Positions 62,895 through 64,000 of a stretch of 64,000 nucleotides of DNA are shown here, piece after piece (position 1 is the first letter of the stretch; the number at the start of each line of letters is the position of its first letter). Made by a program: the position numbers and the translations under genes. Location of the stretch: positions 43,399,970 to 43,463,969 of the forward strand of contig NC_057718.1 in assembly GCF_004010195.1 (NCBI RefSeq), read 5' to 3'. The notes under the pieces were generated by a model. That model was not told where the DNA came from and searched no databases. It was given only the letters and a program-made list of their open reading frames with translations. The stretch is from Chiloscyllium plagiosum. Its lineage: Eukaryota.

Positions 62895-63630
62895 AAGAAA
62901 GGAACATTTGACCTGGGAGCAGGAGTAGGTCATGTAATCCTTCAAGCCTGCTCTACCATTCAATAAAATCATGGCAGATCTTGTGTTTCCTATTCTGTCT
63001 GTACCCCATCATCTTGACTCTCTTGTCTATTAAAAATCAACTTAACTCAAATTTGAATAAATTCAGTATCCCAATTTCACCTGTTTTCTGGAAAGGAAAA
63101 TTGTACAGACTAATGACTTGTTCTGGTGTGTTGCTGGAAGGTCAATGTATAGACCAGAGTGATACCAATCTATTTTGGCATTGGGTTGTAAGTGAATGGT
63201 TGACCAGAGAATTGGATATGAAGTTTTTCTCTGGCCTTTGGGGATGCTAAGAACAAAGCTTGGCGGGAATGAAAGCTGTGAAACAGACATATTGGGTCTG
63301 CAAAGAGATGCAACAACATGGGTGGTAGATGGAATGTAACTGGGAAAGTCAAAAGTTACCCAATTTGGGAATAAGAATACCAAAGCAAAATATTTTACAT
63401 GGTGTAAACCTTCTATATGTTAATGTTCAGAGAAACTCATAAAAAGAAAGCAGATAGTAAGCATGCAGGAATGGTTGGGGTGGAAATGGGATGTTGGCCA
63501 TATTGCAAGGGGATTGTGTTACATAACTCATGATATTTTGCTACAATTGTATCCTCATTTAATGAGAACACAACTAGAATACTGTGAACAGTTTTGATCA
63601 CCAAATCTATGGAATAACTACTTATATTTA
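62895..63630. mobile_element. Old CR1 fragments (3' end on -, RT end on +)
   Basis: ggagcaggagtaggtcat..ttcaataaaatcatggcagatc tail on the minus strand; QLEYCEQF on the plus strand. Confidence 0.7.
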
Positions 63631-63639
63631 CTTATAATC

Positions 63640-64000
63640 CTGAGGGACAGGATGTACATATATTTGGAAAGGCAAGGACTGATTAGGGATAGTCAACATG
63701 GCTTTGTGCATGGGAAATCATGTCTCACAAACTTGATTGAGTTTTTTGAAGAAGTAACAAAGAGGATTGATGAGGGCAGAGCAGTAGATGTGATCTATAT
63801 GGACTTCAGAAAGGCATTCGACAAGGTTCCCCACGGGAGACTGATTAGCAAGGTTAGATCTCATGGAATACAGGGAGAACTAGCCATTTGGACACAGAAC
63901 TGGCTCAAAGGTAGAAGACAGAGGGTGGTGGTGGAGGGTTGTTTTTCAGACTGGAGCCTGTGACCAGTGGGGTGCCACAAGGATCGGTGCTGGGTCCTCT
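63640..64000 (+). mobile_element. Young CR1 RT fragment, continues beyond the window
   Basis: SQHGFVHGKSCLTNLIEFFEEVT..VDVIYMDFRKAFDKVPH..GVPQGSVLGP. Confidence 0.96.

Overview
Vertebrate genomic DNA, most likely from a cartilaginous fish (inferred from the repeat content: HE1-like V-SINEs, abundant CR1 LINEs, a Deu-domain SINE, Penelope-like elements). It has two assembly gaps (2082-2581, 3930-4761) and no intact protein-coding gene that I can support; the ORFs in the track come from repeats or are chance. Four things stand out. (1) A >6.7 kb array of a 30-bp unit grows directly out of the core of a tRNA-derived SINE whose head is still attached (2582-9370), and it has higher-order block duplications. 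(2) At least three Penelope-related families carry minimal hammerhead-ribozyme motifs, including short fold-back insertions flanked by 11-16 bp target-site duplications. (3) Between the repeats on the + strand is a chain of splice-site-bounded segments (about 12.4-59.2 kb) that translate to WD40-like motifs broken by stops and frameshifts, downstream of an RFX X-box-like site. I interpret this as a probable fossil, intron-containing WD40 gene, possibly WDR87/WDR97-like. (4) There is an isolated hairpin with 28-bp arms at 15954-16017. Boundaries of degenerate elements are approximate, and family names come from motif recognition, not database searches.
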